From the IMG/VR virus record IMGVR_UViG_3300043570_002098: a stretch of 64,000 bases of DNA. One strand, given 5' to 3'. Position 1 is the stretch's first letter, and every line of letters starts with the position of its first letter. The position numbers were made by a program, and so were the translations under genes. This document shows, piece by piece, positions 18,423 to 26,474 of this stretch. The stretch comes from a virus. The notes below the pieces were generated by a model. It ran no database searches. It was given only the letters and a program-made list of their open reading frames with translations, and had not been told where the DNA came from.

Positions 18423-19316
18423 TTAAAATTGAAAGTTTGTTCCTATCATAAATAGAATTGGATTACTCTTTTTATACCCAACCGATTCACTTAATTTATT
18501 CCAAGTTGTGTTATATCTAACATTAGTATTCAATACAAATTTTTTAGTTATTTTCCAATCAATAGATGTACCATAATATAAGTCCAAATTGAAATCATCT
18601 ACATATGCTAAATCCGATTCAGTCCCATCTTTGAATACTTTGTAGATATCACTCATTGCAAATATTTGTGGTGAGATGTTTACTCTCTTTGTTTTGAATG
18701 TATACGTATACATTGCCATACCTCTATAACTAATTTGACTTGATGATGGCATTTGTGGATATATTAAATCTTTAAAATCACCATTTTCATCTACTATATA
18801 TTTTCCTTCCCATTGACCTTGATAACTTCCCCAAAACGATTTTGACGCAATCACACTATAACCAAATGTTCCAAACTTTTTAGTTCTGAATACATCAATG
18901 AATGATAGAGAAATATCTTTTTGAAAATCAAAATCGGTTGAATAGAATGATTGTAATGTAGTAGTTCTTGTATTCGTATTTCTACTGAAACCATAACCCA
19001 CACCATAGTAGTTCCATATTGGATTTATTGATGATGCGAATGAGTGACCCCATTTACCATTTTTAGATGATTTACTATATCCTAAATTTAAGGTAGTAGA
19101 TACTTGTTTTCCAATTACACCTACTGATAAATTTGAGGATGAAAGAACATCTTTTGAAAAATCAATATATGACTCTAATATACCTAAATTATTCCAATCA
19201 CCACTTTCTCCAAATAATTCTTTTGGTGATAGTTGTAAGGTATCTGGTTTTACAATTTGTGCGTTTGTAACAAATGTTGTCAAAATTAGTGACAGAATTA
19301 ATAATAGTTTTTTCAT
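18423..19316 (-). CDS. Outer-membrane beta-barrel protein
   Basis: Signal peptide (TNA|Q), alternating beta strands, BAM-type terminal Phe (GTNFQF); paralogous to the barrel of 9882-11489. Confidence 0.7.
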   Translation of the reverse strand: MKKLLLILSLILTTFVTNAQIVKPDTLQLSPKELFGESGDWNNLGILESYIDFSKDVLSSSNLSVGVIGKQVSTTLNLGYSKSSKNGKWGHSFASSINPIWNYYGVGYGFSRNTNTRTTTLQSFYSTDFDFQKDISLSFIDVFRTKKFGTFGYSVIASKSFWGSYQGQWEGKYIVDENGDFKDLIYPQMPSSSQISYRGMAMYTYTFKTKRVNISPQIFAMSDIYKVFKDGTESDLAYVDDFNLDLYYGTSIDWKITKKFVLNTNVRYNTTWNKLSESVGYKKSNPILFMIGTNFQF

Positions 19317-21925
19317 TAATTTATTTTTATTTTTAATGATTTTCCATCTTTATTAACTGCGTCCGTTGAACCTATTGAAATTAAACCCAATATGTTATCC
19401 AATTTTGTGTTTGACGAAAATGAAATCTTATATGTTGTTGTCTTATCTAAACTTGTACTACCATCACTTACCAAAGAACCTAAATTAATGTAATTACCCT
19501 TGTTGGTTGCATAGTTGGTAGGTGAACCTTTTGTGGTAAATTGTATTCCTTTAAAATTTAAGACCGAATTATCGTAGTTTAATTGAAATTGAGTTCCTAC
19601 CACGTTTTGTTGTAATGGGTCAAATGTGATGTAAGCATAAACACTATCACCAATTACTTCGGTCATAATAGATGCGTTGATGTCAGTTGATATTGGTGTA
19701 CTCATTGATGTTCTAACTGTCATCGTTGTGATATTATTTGATGGAGGAGTTGCCGAATGTGATAAGTTTACATCACCTTTCCAACTAACAGCCAAATCGT
19801 AGTTATAACTTATTACATTATCTAATAAACTAAAATTATAAGTTTTTCCTGCAAAATTTTGAAAAGAACTCCAAGTTGACTTACCAATTTTATTATAAAT
19901 TGAATCAGGTATCAAACGTATTGTATTATCCAAAGTATAATTACTAACTAAGTTTTGTACACCCGTTAAATTTTGTAATAATTTGAAACAATCCGCTTCA
20001 TTAAATAAACCATCATCATTTACATCTGCGTTTTTATATTGAATTCCGTAAGTAAACTCATTACCACTTTGATTTCCAAATATACCACCATTTGCCAATT
20101 CCTTAAATGCCAAATACACATCTGATACTGTTACGATACTATTATACAAAGTTTTTAATTGTGTACTATCATATTCTTGTAATTCCATTTTGTGTTGTTT
20201 GAACGCACCTTGTTGGGTAAGTCCAATACCACATGCAAATGCATAGTCGGTATTTGAACCATTCATATTTCTAATATATTGATTATATGCAGAAGTTCCA
20301 TCGGTTACTTTTGTTAATGGAGATGGAACAGTATATTGTGCCCAACCATTATTGTCATGTGATGTATATGTAACAGGCCCATCATACGCATCTAATATTT
20401 TTACATTTGATATTTTCGTTGGGTCTATACTTCCAACTTGTCTCATATCAATTAACAATCTACTATTACCATTTAACCAACTTGCATTTGGATTTGTATA
20501 AGACCACTCTACCCCACCCGGAGATATAGTTGCTTTGTATGATGCAGGTGCCGATACGAATTGGTAACTTAATCCCCATCCACCATAACCCGATGTTGAT
20601 ACTCCATTACGAGTTGAACCAACATATTCACTTAACCCCTGTACTACTTTAATATAAACTTCTTTTGTTTGTCCGTCTGATATTACACCAGCATGTACCG
20701 CTGCGGCTGGAATATATGAATCACTTGTATAGATATCGGTTCCCCATATTGCTCCACCTGTTGTACCTGTTATTGTTATTCTATATATCTTACCAATATC
20801 CGATTCATTAAATTGTTGCATATCGGATGTTCCTGCTGTTAATGGAATACCAGTTGTATAAATCTTTGAAGTATCTATTTGATTTGAAAGAAATACTTTA
20901 CCCAAACCACTCAATGATTTATAACCATCCGCCGCTGCCCAATTTGAATATGTGTCGTTTCTTTTGAATATCTGTGCTAAGAATTTTGTTTTATCTATTG
21001 AAGTATTAAACTTAAATCCAAATAATGCTTTTATAGTTTCTCCGTTTGAATGTGTTACTGAATTGGTATAGAACTCCGTAAATGTTGCATCATCGGGATT
21101 AGACCAAGTTCCATATTCAATTACATATGGGTTACTCCAATTGTTTGATAAGTCATTCCATTGATTACCATTCCATTTTGTTACTGCATAATCCTCACTA
21201 TGATTATATCCGTTTGGTTCACCATTTGCCCAATTATTATACACACCTGGTCGGTTTCCGGCAGTTGGTCCGTTGGATGTTTTCATCACAGTCCCCTTTT
21301 CAGGACCCGCATCAATTACCCAAGTTCCATCTATAACTTCATCTGTTGCTGCAAACCATATATTTGATTGTGGTACATTAGCTTGAATAAATAAATCTTC
21401 CGATGATGATGTTAGTGTTAATAGATAACCCGTCTGTCCTTTGAATGTTGTTGTTAACGCAATTGCTCTTGCGTTTGTATAAGTTGTACCGGTTGTTACG
21501 GGTTTGTAAAAGTGACCATTTACTCCATTGAAATAATATCCTGGTTGATTAACAGTTGCGGCCACTGAAATATTAATATCACCAATTACTGTTCCTGTGT
21601 TTATTTTTAGAGACGCTAACGCAGTATTAATACTTGCCATTGTTCCAGTTACCACTAAACGAGTTTTATTACCACTTAAAGTAAATCCACTTGCTGCCGT
21701 TAAACCCGTTGTTGTGTTTAATACGAATGTTGTACCTGATGGTGGATTGACTAAACTTATAGAAGCAAGTAAAGTAGATGTTGCACCAAATCCACTTAAT
21801 GAAAATCCACTAGCGTCTTGTCCTGTGGTATTCACAGTAAATGATTTAGGGTCTGGAGCCGTTACTGACTGACCAAACCCTAAAAATGATATAAATAAAA
21901 ATAATACTATTAATAGTTTCTTCAT
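19316..21925 (-). CDS. Secreted multidomain adhesin-like protein: C-type lectin-like + LCCL + dockerin-like + cohesin-like
   Basis: NGHFY...GYLLT...WANGEPN...WNDL (CTLD); IWGTDIYTSDS....AAVHAG (LCCL); ADVNDDGLFNEAD (dockerin-like); GTQFQLNYDNSVLNF (cohesin-like). Confidence 0.75.
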   Translation of the reverse strand: MKKLLIVLFLFISFLGFGQSVTAPDPKSFTVNTTGQDASGFSLSGFGATSTLLASISLVNPPSGTTFVLNTTTGLTAASGFTLSGNKTRLVVTGTMASINTALASLKINTGTVIGDINISVAATVNQPGYYFNGVNGHFYKPVTTGTTYTNARAIALTTTFKGQTGYLLTLTSSSEDLFIQANVPQSNIWFAATDEVIDGTWVIDAGPEKGTVMKTSNGPTAGNRPGVYNNWANGEPNGYNHSEDYAVTKWNGNQWNDLSNNWSNPYVIEYGTWSNPDDATFTEFYTNSVTHSNGETIKALFGFKFNTSIDKTKFLAQIFKRNDTYSNWAAADGYKSLSGLGKVFLSNQIDTSKIYTTGIPLTAGTSDMQQFNESDIGKIYRITITGTTGGAIWGTDIYTSDSYIPAAAVHAGVISDGQTKEVYIKVVQGLSEYVGSTRNGVSTSGYGGWGLSYQFVSAPASYKATISPGGVEWSYTNPNASWLNGNSRLLIDMRQVGSIDPTKISNVKILDAYDGPVTYTSHDNNGWAQYTVPSPLTKVTDGTSAYNQYIRNMNGSNTDYAFACGIGLTQQGAFKQHKMELQEYDSTQLKTLYNSIVTVSDVYLAFKELANGGIFGNQSGNEFTYGIQYKNADVNDDGLFNEADCFKLLQNLTGVQNLVSNYTLDNTIRLIPDSIYNKIGKSTWSSFQNFAGKTYNFSLLDNVISYNYDLAVSWKGDVNLSHSATPPSNNITTMTVRTSMSTPISTDINASIMTEVIGDSVYAYITFDPLQQNVVGTQFQLNYDNSVLNFKGIQFTTKGSPTNYATNKGNYINLGSLVSDGSTSLDKTTTYKISFSSNTKLDNILGLISIGSTDAVNKDGKSLKIKIN

Positions 21926-21928
21926 AAA

Positions 21929-23581
21929 TTATTCAACAATCAAATTAATCTTGTTTCCGTTTCCATCAACCGCGTCAGCTAAAACTGTATAAAATAAACC
22001 CGCCGTATTTGTTATGGTTTCTTTCGGTATAAAAGTTAATTTGTAAGGTGTCCCTATTTTAATTCTACCAGTTTTCATTTGATCCATTGAACCGAATGTT
22101 AATCTACCATCTCCATTTGTTGAGAAGTTAGTTACGTTTGGACCGGCGTCAAATGATATATTATCAAATGTTAATTTTGAATTGTCATATTGTAAGATTA
22201 CCTCTAATCCCGCTAATCCGTCTTTTGTTAATGTTCCCGTTAATACAACTTTACCATTAACAATTGTAGAGTTTAATCCTAATGTTGCCTTTTCAATTGT
22301 TGGTGTATATGACATTGATTGAACTGAAAATGATTTGATTGATGAGGTACTTTTTTCATTAATTGAGTTTAAATAAGTTCCTGCCGCAATTCTACTTGCG
22401 ATTACATCAGGGTCAGATGAATGAGACCAATCCAAATCACCACCCCATGCGTATACCATATCTACCGATTGATTTGATGATGTTACTTTTGTTTTGTAAG
22501 TAGGTACACCATCTAACCAACTTTGATTTAATAAACCACTATACCATTTGAATAAACCACTATTTGTACTCAATGGAATCCATGCACTATCTTTTACATT
22601 AGCGATACCCATTACATATGCAAACATATAATATGAATCACTTTCACTAAACACACTTTTACTCTTTGTAATTTGACCTATATTCTTTTGTAATTGTGGT
22701 CTTGTAAAATAAGTTTTTACACCCGCGATATCCGTTTGTGAAATACCTAAAAATGCTTTATATGCGTCTGATACTGTTATAATGTTATTCATAAAAGTTT
22801 TTCCTGTTGCACCATACATCCACACCGCCAAACTATCTCCCACTTTCACTTCTGTTGTAAATGTCGCCTCACCACTTGCATCTAATACTTTTGTTGCAAT
22901 TGGTGTTACTGTAAAATCAATTGTACCATCTGTTTTTATTGGAAATAATGCAACACTGTGTGCGGTAATATCATATCCTGTTGGGAATAAAACTCTTAGT
23001 TTGAACTGAGACGTATTACCAACAACATTTGTTAAAGACATTGTACCTGGATCAGTTGTAATTGGTGTAATGTATGCACTTGTTGCATCAATTGAATATG
23101 ATAAGTCTAATTTATGAATGTCGGTATACGCACCCAAATCTTTGATTACATATTTTTGAGTTGCAACATCTCCGTTGATAGATGCATCGGTTCTTTGAAC
23201 AGTTAATTGACCAACATTCCAATCTGCGTTGGCTGCGTAACCCCATGGAGATATTAGATATTGTGCATATAAATCTTTAGCTGTAATACTATTTGCTGCA
23301 CTTGAAGTAAATTTATAAGACGACCAACCTGTGTAGAATGTTTGAACTGATGTTCCTTGTGAGAACGTCGTTGAAACATATGAAAGTGCCTTATTGTTAA
23401 ATTGATATCTCAACCAAAAATAACGAGGCGTGGTTGTACCTCTCGCAACCGTGTATTTAACTGAAACCGTATCACCAACCTTTAACCCTGTTGTAGGTGT
23501 CACAGATTGGTTGACAGTTAATTGTGCATTTGTTGCTATGGATATTACTAGTATTCCAAGTAGCGTTAATAGTTTTTTCAT
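21929..23581 (-). CDS. Secreted protein with cohesin-like modules and degenerate dockerin-like segment
   Basis: Signal peptide; LKVGDTVSV...QFNNKALSY; ITVSDAY.AF; GDLDWSHS; GLEVILQYDNSKLTF; paralogous to the C-terminal half of 19316-21925. Confidence 0.65.
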   Translation of the reverse strand: MKKLLTLLGILVISIATNAQLTVNQSVTPTTGLKVGDTVSVKYTVARGTTTPRYFWLRYQFNNKALSYVSTTFSQGTSVQTFYTGWSSYKFTSSAANSITAKDLYAQYLISPWGYAANADWNVGQLTVQRTDASINGDVATQKYVIKDLGAYTDIHKLDLSYSIDATSAYITPITTDPGTMSLTNVVGNTSQFKLRVLFPTGYDITAHSVALFPIKTDGTIDFTVTPIATKVLDASGEATFTTEVKVGDSLAVWMYGATGKTFMNNIITVSDAYKAFLGISQTDIAGVKTYFTRPQLQKNIGQITKSKSVFSESDSYYMFAYVMGIANVKDSAWIPLSTNSGLFKWYSGLLNQSWLDGVPTYKTKVTSSNQSVDMVYAWGGDLDWSHSSDPDVIASRIAAGTYLNSINEKSTSSIKSFSVQSMSYTPTIEKATLGLNSTIVNGKVVLTGTLTKDGLAGLEVILQYDNSKLTFDNISFDAGPNVTNFSTNGDGRLTFGSMDQMKTGRIKIGTPYKLTFIPKETITNTAGLFYTVLADAVDGNGNKINLIVE

Positions 23582-23583
23582 AG

Positions 23584-24231
23584 TTATTTAACAAATAATT
23601 TAGTTATTAATTTATCCGCCGATTTTTTTAAGGCGTTACTAAGTGACGTTTGATTAAATTGACCTCCCTCATCAACAATTAATGTTGACATTGATATTTC
23701 TGAAGATGATTCTTCGACCATTATTTCCTTTTCTTTTTTACCATCCTTATATAAAGTTCCTTTCATACGAATGACAACTTCTTCTTCATTTTTGTGAAAA
23801 ACAGAAATGTTCTTTTTTGTTGTAAGAACATCTAAATAAATGATTTGAACTTTTAATTTGTATGGGGCTGAAGGTGTTAAATCATAACCCTTTTCTTGTA
23901 AGAATTCTTCCAATGTATTTTTTACACCGAAAGCTAAATTTCTATTACCTGCCAATTTACCCATCTTAACTTCATTGGTAACACTCTCCACCCAAATATG
24001 GTCTTCAGCCACATAGAATATATTTTCAGGTGAGTTCTTGAATGTACCATCAATCCTCCACGAAATCCAATTTGAGATGTCTCTTGTTATTTCTCTTTGG
24101 CCTGAAAATTCCAAAACCGCCATGGATATACCGAATATCATTCCAAATATTACCCATGATATCGCAAAGTATAAAAAACCTAAAAAGATTTTTTCTTTAA
24201 TATTAATTGATAGTGTTCTTAATTTTTCCAT
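23584..24231 (-). CDS. Membrane-anchored CsgG-like protein
   Basis: N-terminal TM; FNQTSLSNALKKS matches FNQSTISIATKKA of 13503-14231. Confidence 0.5.
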   Translation of the reverse strand: MEKLRTLSINIKEKIFLGFLYFAISWVIFGMIFGISMAVLEFSGQREITRDISNWISWRIDGTFKNSPENIFYVAEDHIWVESVTNEVKMGKLAGNRNLAFGVKNTLEEFLQEKGYDLTPSAPYKLKVQIIYLDVLTTKKNISVFHKNEEEVVIRMKGTLYKDGKKEKEIMVEESSSEISMSTLIVDEGGQFNQTSLSNALKKSADKLITKLFVK

Positions 24232-24289
24232 ACTGTTCTGAGTTTACAATTCCCTCAGAACCACATATTAATATAATACATAATATCTT

Positions 24290-24314
24290 GAGAGAGATAC
24301 GTTTATTTTTTGTC
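24290..24314. repeat. 25-bp imperfect direct repeat, copy 2
   Basis: GAGAGAGATACGTTTATTTTTTGTC, immediately downstream (minus strand) of the TATTTAT box at 24320-24326. Confidence 0.8.
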
Positions 24315-24377
24315 TGTCTATAAATACTATTGAATTAGTCTACTGATGAAACTCATGAGTTATTTTATTGAAAATAT

Positions 24378-24408
24378 TTTGTTTTCATAAAAAAATATCT
24401 TATATTAT
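24378..24408 (+). promoter_or_regulatory. Putative promoter TTTG-N19-TATATTAT
   Basis: Identical spacing recurs at 26550, 27301 and 46967. Confidence 0.6.
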
Positions 24409-24426
24409 AATATTAAATAAATTATT

Positions 24427-25209
24427 ATGGGAAATTTTAAACATCTCACAGAATTGGAAATTCAACAAATGACATTTGATTGGAGATACCGAGGATTTAC
24501 AACATTAGAACTCTTAACAGAAGAAGAATGTGACGAAATCAATGACGAACTTGAACGTTTACGTCAGGAGAGAAAAGGAACATTAACAGACGATGGTAAG
24601 GAGTGGGGTGAATGGGATCCATTCGCATATCCACATAAATTATCGGATAAACTTGCAAAACTATATGTTCACCCTAAATTAATTGAAGCTTGTCAGTTTC
24701 TAATGGAAGGTGAAATTGTTGGGATGCAAAGTTGGGCATACTTTAAACCACCAGGACAATTAGGTAGAGATATGCACCAAAACGCCTTTTACACGGGTTG
24801 TAAACACAATGAAATTATCAATACGGCATTAGCATTGGATAACCACGACAACAGTAATGGTTCCGTGTGGAACTACGAAGGTTCACATAGATTACAAACC
24901 TTACCAATTGAGGTTGATGAGGAAAGAACAAAAACTAATCCATCGTTTTGGAGAAATGAAAGAGGTAAACCTTGTATTATGCCTGAGGGACACGATTTCC
25001 GTAAGGTAGAAGGAATTCTAAAAAAAGGACAAGTGGTTTTATTACACTCACATTGTGTACACGGGTCGGAAGCTAACAACTCAAATAGAATGAGAAGAAA
25101 CTTTTTAGGTGGATTCTTAAAAAAAGGTGCATTTTACAATCAGGGAAGTCATATGAAACGTGAACCAATTGATGTATATGAACTTAGAGATAAACATTGG
25201 AGTGAATAG
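24427..25209 (+). CDS. Phytanoyl-CoA dioxygenase (PhyH) family protein
   Basis: FKPPG, HQN at the HxD position, ALD.....NG......GSH, HGS..N.S...RR. Confidence 0.85.
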   Translation: MGNFKHLTELEIQQMTFDWRYRGFTTLELLTEEECDEINDELERLRQERKGTLTDDGKEWGEWDPFAYPHKLSDKLAKLYVHPKLIEACQFLMEGEIVGMQSWAYFKPPGQLGRDMHQNAFYTGCKHNEIINTALALDNHDNSNGSVWNYEGSHRLQTLPIEVDEERTKTNPSFWRNERGKPCIMPEGHDFRKVEGILKKGQVVLLHSHCVHGSEANNSNRMRRNFLGGFLKKGAFYNQGSHMKREPIDVYELRDKHWSE

Positions 25210-25231
25210 TAGTATATTGTTATATTGATAA

Positions 25232-25259
25232 CCCTCACCTTAAAAAGTGGGGGTTTTTT
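25232..25259 (+). terminator. Intrinsic terminator
   Basis: CCCTCAC-CTTAAAAA-GTGGGGG followed by a T-run. Confidence 0.7.
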
Positions 25260-25278
25260 GTAAAAGATTAAAAATAAT

Positions 25279-25332
25279 TTTGTATATTCGTATATATTTA
25301 TTATCTTTGTAAAATAAGTGGTTCTTTGACAT
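25279..25332 (+). promoter_or_regulatory. Bacteroidota-type promoter plus boxA-like antiterminator for the tRNA operon
   Basis: TTTG(25279)-N19-TATCTTTG(25302), then GTTCTTTGACAT (25321). Confidence 0.75.
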
Positions 25333-25347
25333 ATTGAAATAAAATAA

Positions 25348-25420
25348 GCCTCGTTAGCTCAGTTGGTAGAGCAAGTCATTTGTAATGATTAGGTCTGCGG
25401 TTCAAGTCCGTAACGAGGCT
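25348..25420 (+). tRNA. tRNA-Thr(UGU)
   Basis: Cloverleaf: GCCTCGT/ACGAGGC acceptor, loop TT-TGT-AA, TTCAAGT T-loop. Confidence 0.95.
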
Positions 25421-25422
25421 CA

Positions 25423-25605
25423 ACAGGTGACGACGGTGGTGTGACCCCACTGTCTATGAATCTCAACTATCCGTTTGAATCTAGATGTAGAACGGTGAGA
25501 GTAGAGTTACTATAAGTTGGAGTAATTAACCATTAAGCGAAAAGTAACCTCCGATTCATGAATCAGTCTCGGACATGATGTACATAGATGGTACGAAAAA
25601 CCTGT
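25423..25605 (+). ncRNA. Candidate structured RNA A
   Basis: ACAGGT/ACCTGT closing stem and several nested stems. Confidence 0.5.
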
Positions 25606-25610
25606 AACTT

Positions 25611-25687
25611 TTTGAAACTAACTCAACGAGGACTTTGTTAACCAGTGCATGACACGGAGGTGCAACTTAAGTTGGGTTGGAATCAAA
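25611..25687 (+). ncRNA. Candidate structured RNA B
   Basis: 10-bp stem CTAACTCAAC/GTTGGGTTGG. Confidence 0.4.
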
Positions 25688-25690
25688 CAC

Positions 25691-25763
25691 GCTTCCTTAG
25701 CTCAGTTGGTAGAGCGCAAAACTGTTAATTTTGAAGTCGGGGGATCGTGACCCTCAGGGAGCG
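25691..25763 (+). tRNA. tRNA-Asn(GUU)
   Basis: GCTTCCT/AGGGAGC acceptor, CAAAA-CT-GTT-AA-TTTTG arm; atypical T-loop ATCGTGA. Confidence 0.9.
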
Positions 25764-25769
25764 CAACGT

Positions 25770-25832
25770 GATAATCACTCCACGCAAGTGGTAAGCACCC
25801 GGCAGTAACACCGGGATGGCAATGTGGTTATT
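25770..25832 (+). ncRNA. Candidate structured RNA C (three-way junction)
   Basis: GATAATCAC/GTGGTTATT enclosing CCAC-GCAA-GTGG and CCCGG/CCGGG hairpins. Confidence 0.5.
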
Positions 25833-25856
25833 AAGAGGTAAGGAAAAGACTAAAAT

Positions 25857-25931
25857 GGGAATGTAGCTCAGTTGGTTAGTAGCAGTGCTCTCATAAAGCA
25901 AAGGTCTTTGGTTCAAATCCAAACTTTCCCA
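25857..25931 (+). tRNA. tRNA-CAU (Met or lysidine-modified Ile2)
   Basis: GGGAATG/CTTTCCC acceptor, loop CT-CAT-AA, TTCAAAT T-loop; lacks initiator features. Confidence 0.85.
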
Positions 25932-25935
25932 CACG

Positions 25936-26122
25936 ATTCGGTTAGTCACCGAATAGTATGTCCAATATGATGAGAAATGGTTTGACAACCATATGGAAAC
26001 GTACATTGACGTATAGGAAGAACGTCAGGGGACATCACCCCGACCTCGTGAGGACGAAATGATTATTCCTAACCCGAAAGGGGACAGCTAAGACACCTGT
26101 GAGTTGGATAAATAAAGGTGTC
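25936..26122 (+). ncRNA. Candidate pseudoknotted RNA D
   Basis: Six or more hairpins; loop TAGGAA complementary to TTCCTA and loop GTTGGATA complementary to TGTCCAAT. Confidence 0.55.
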
Positions 26123-26125
26123 AAC

Positions 26126-26211
26126 GGAGAGATGGCAGAGTTGGTCTATCGCGACAGTCTTGAAAACTGTAGACTGTAACAGGTCCGTGGGTTCGAATCC
26201 TACTCTCTCCG
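26126..26211 (+). tRNA. tRNA-Ser(UGA)
   Basis: GGAGAGA/TCTCTCC acceptor, ACAGT-CT-TGA-AA-ACTGT arm, long variable arm, G discriminator. Confidence 0.95.
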
Positions 26212-26223
26212 CTGTAGAGTTTG

Positions 26224-26325
26224 CCCGTGGTAACGGTCTAATGGGGAAACCTTGTAGACTTCTCGCGTCAAAACCCAAAACACTGATCTACTGGTGCTTG
26301 GGCTAAATGTAGAAAAAAAACGGGA
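26224..26325 (+). ncRNA. Candidate structured RNA E
   Basis: CCCGT/ACGGG closing stem, GGTCTA/TAGACT arm with GAAA loop, CCCAA/TTGGG arm. Confidence 0.4.
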
Positions 26326-26333
26326 TCTTTTTT

Positions 26334-26470
26334 AATCACAAATAAAAATGTGAGCTATAATAAAGTAGCCAATTATAAGCCAACATAAAGCTGTTGGATA
26401 CAGACGGAGTAATTAACCAGAGTATAGTGCAACAATTGTGATATTATAACAAATACCCATTTGAGTGATT
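26334..26470 (+). ncRNA. Candidate structured RNA F
   Basis: AATCAC/GTGATT closing stem, CCAACA/TGTTGG hairpin; shares GGAGTAATTAACCA with RNA A. Confidence 0.4.
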
Positions 26471-26474
26471 ATTT

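Noticed and set aside
25764-25832. HDV-like (theta) ribozyme after tRNA-Asn
   Set aside because: TCCACGC resembles an L3 loop, but no convincing P1/P1.1/P2 nested pseudoknot could be built; a simple three-way junction fits better.
26047-26059. CGTGAGGACGAAA resembles the 3' half of a textbook hammerhead ribozyme
   Set aside because: The required CUGAUGA core and the GUCC strand of stem II are absent upstream.
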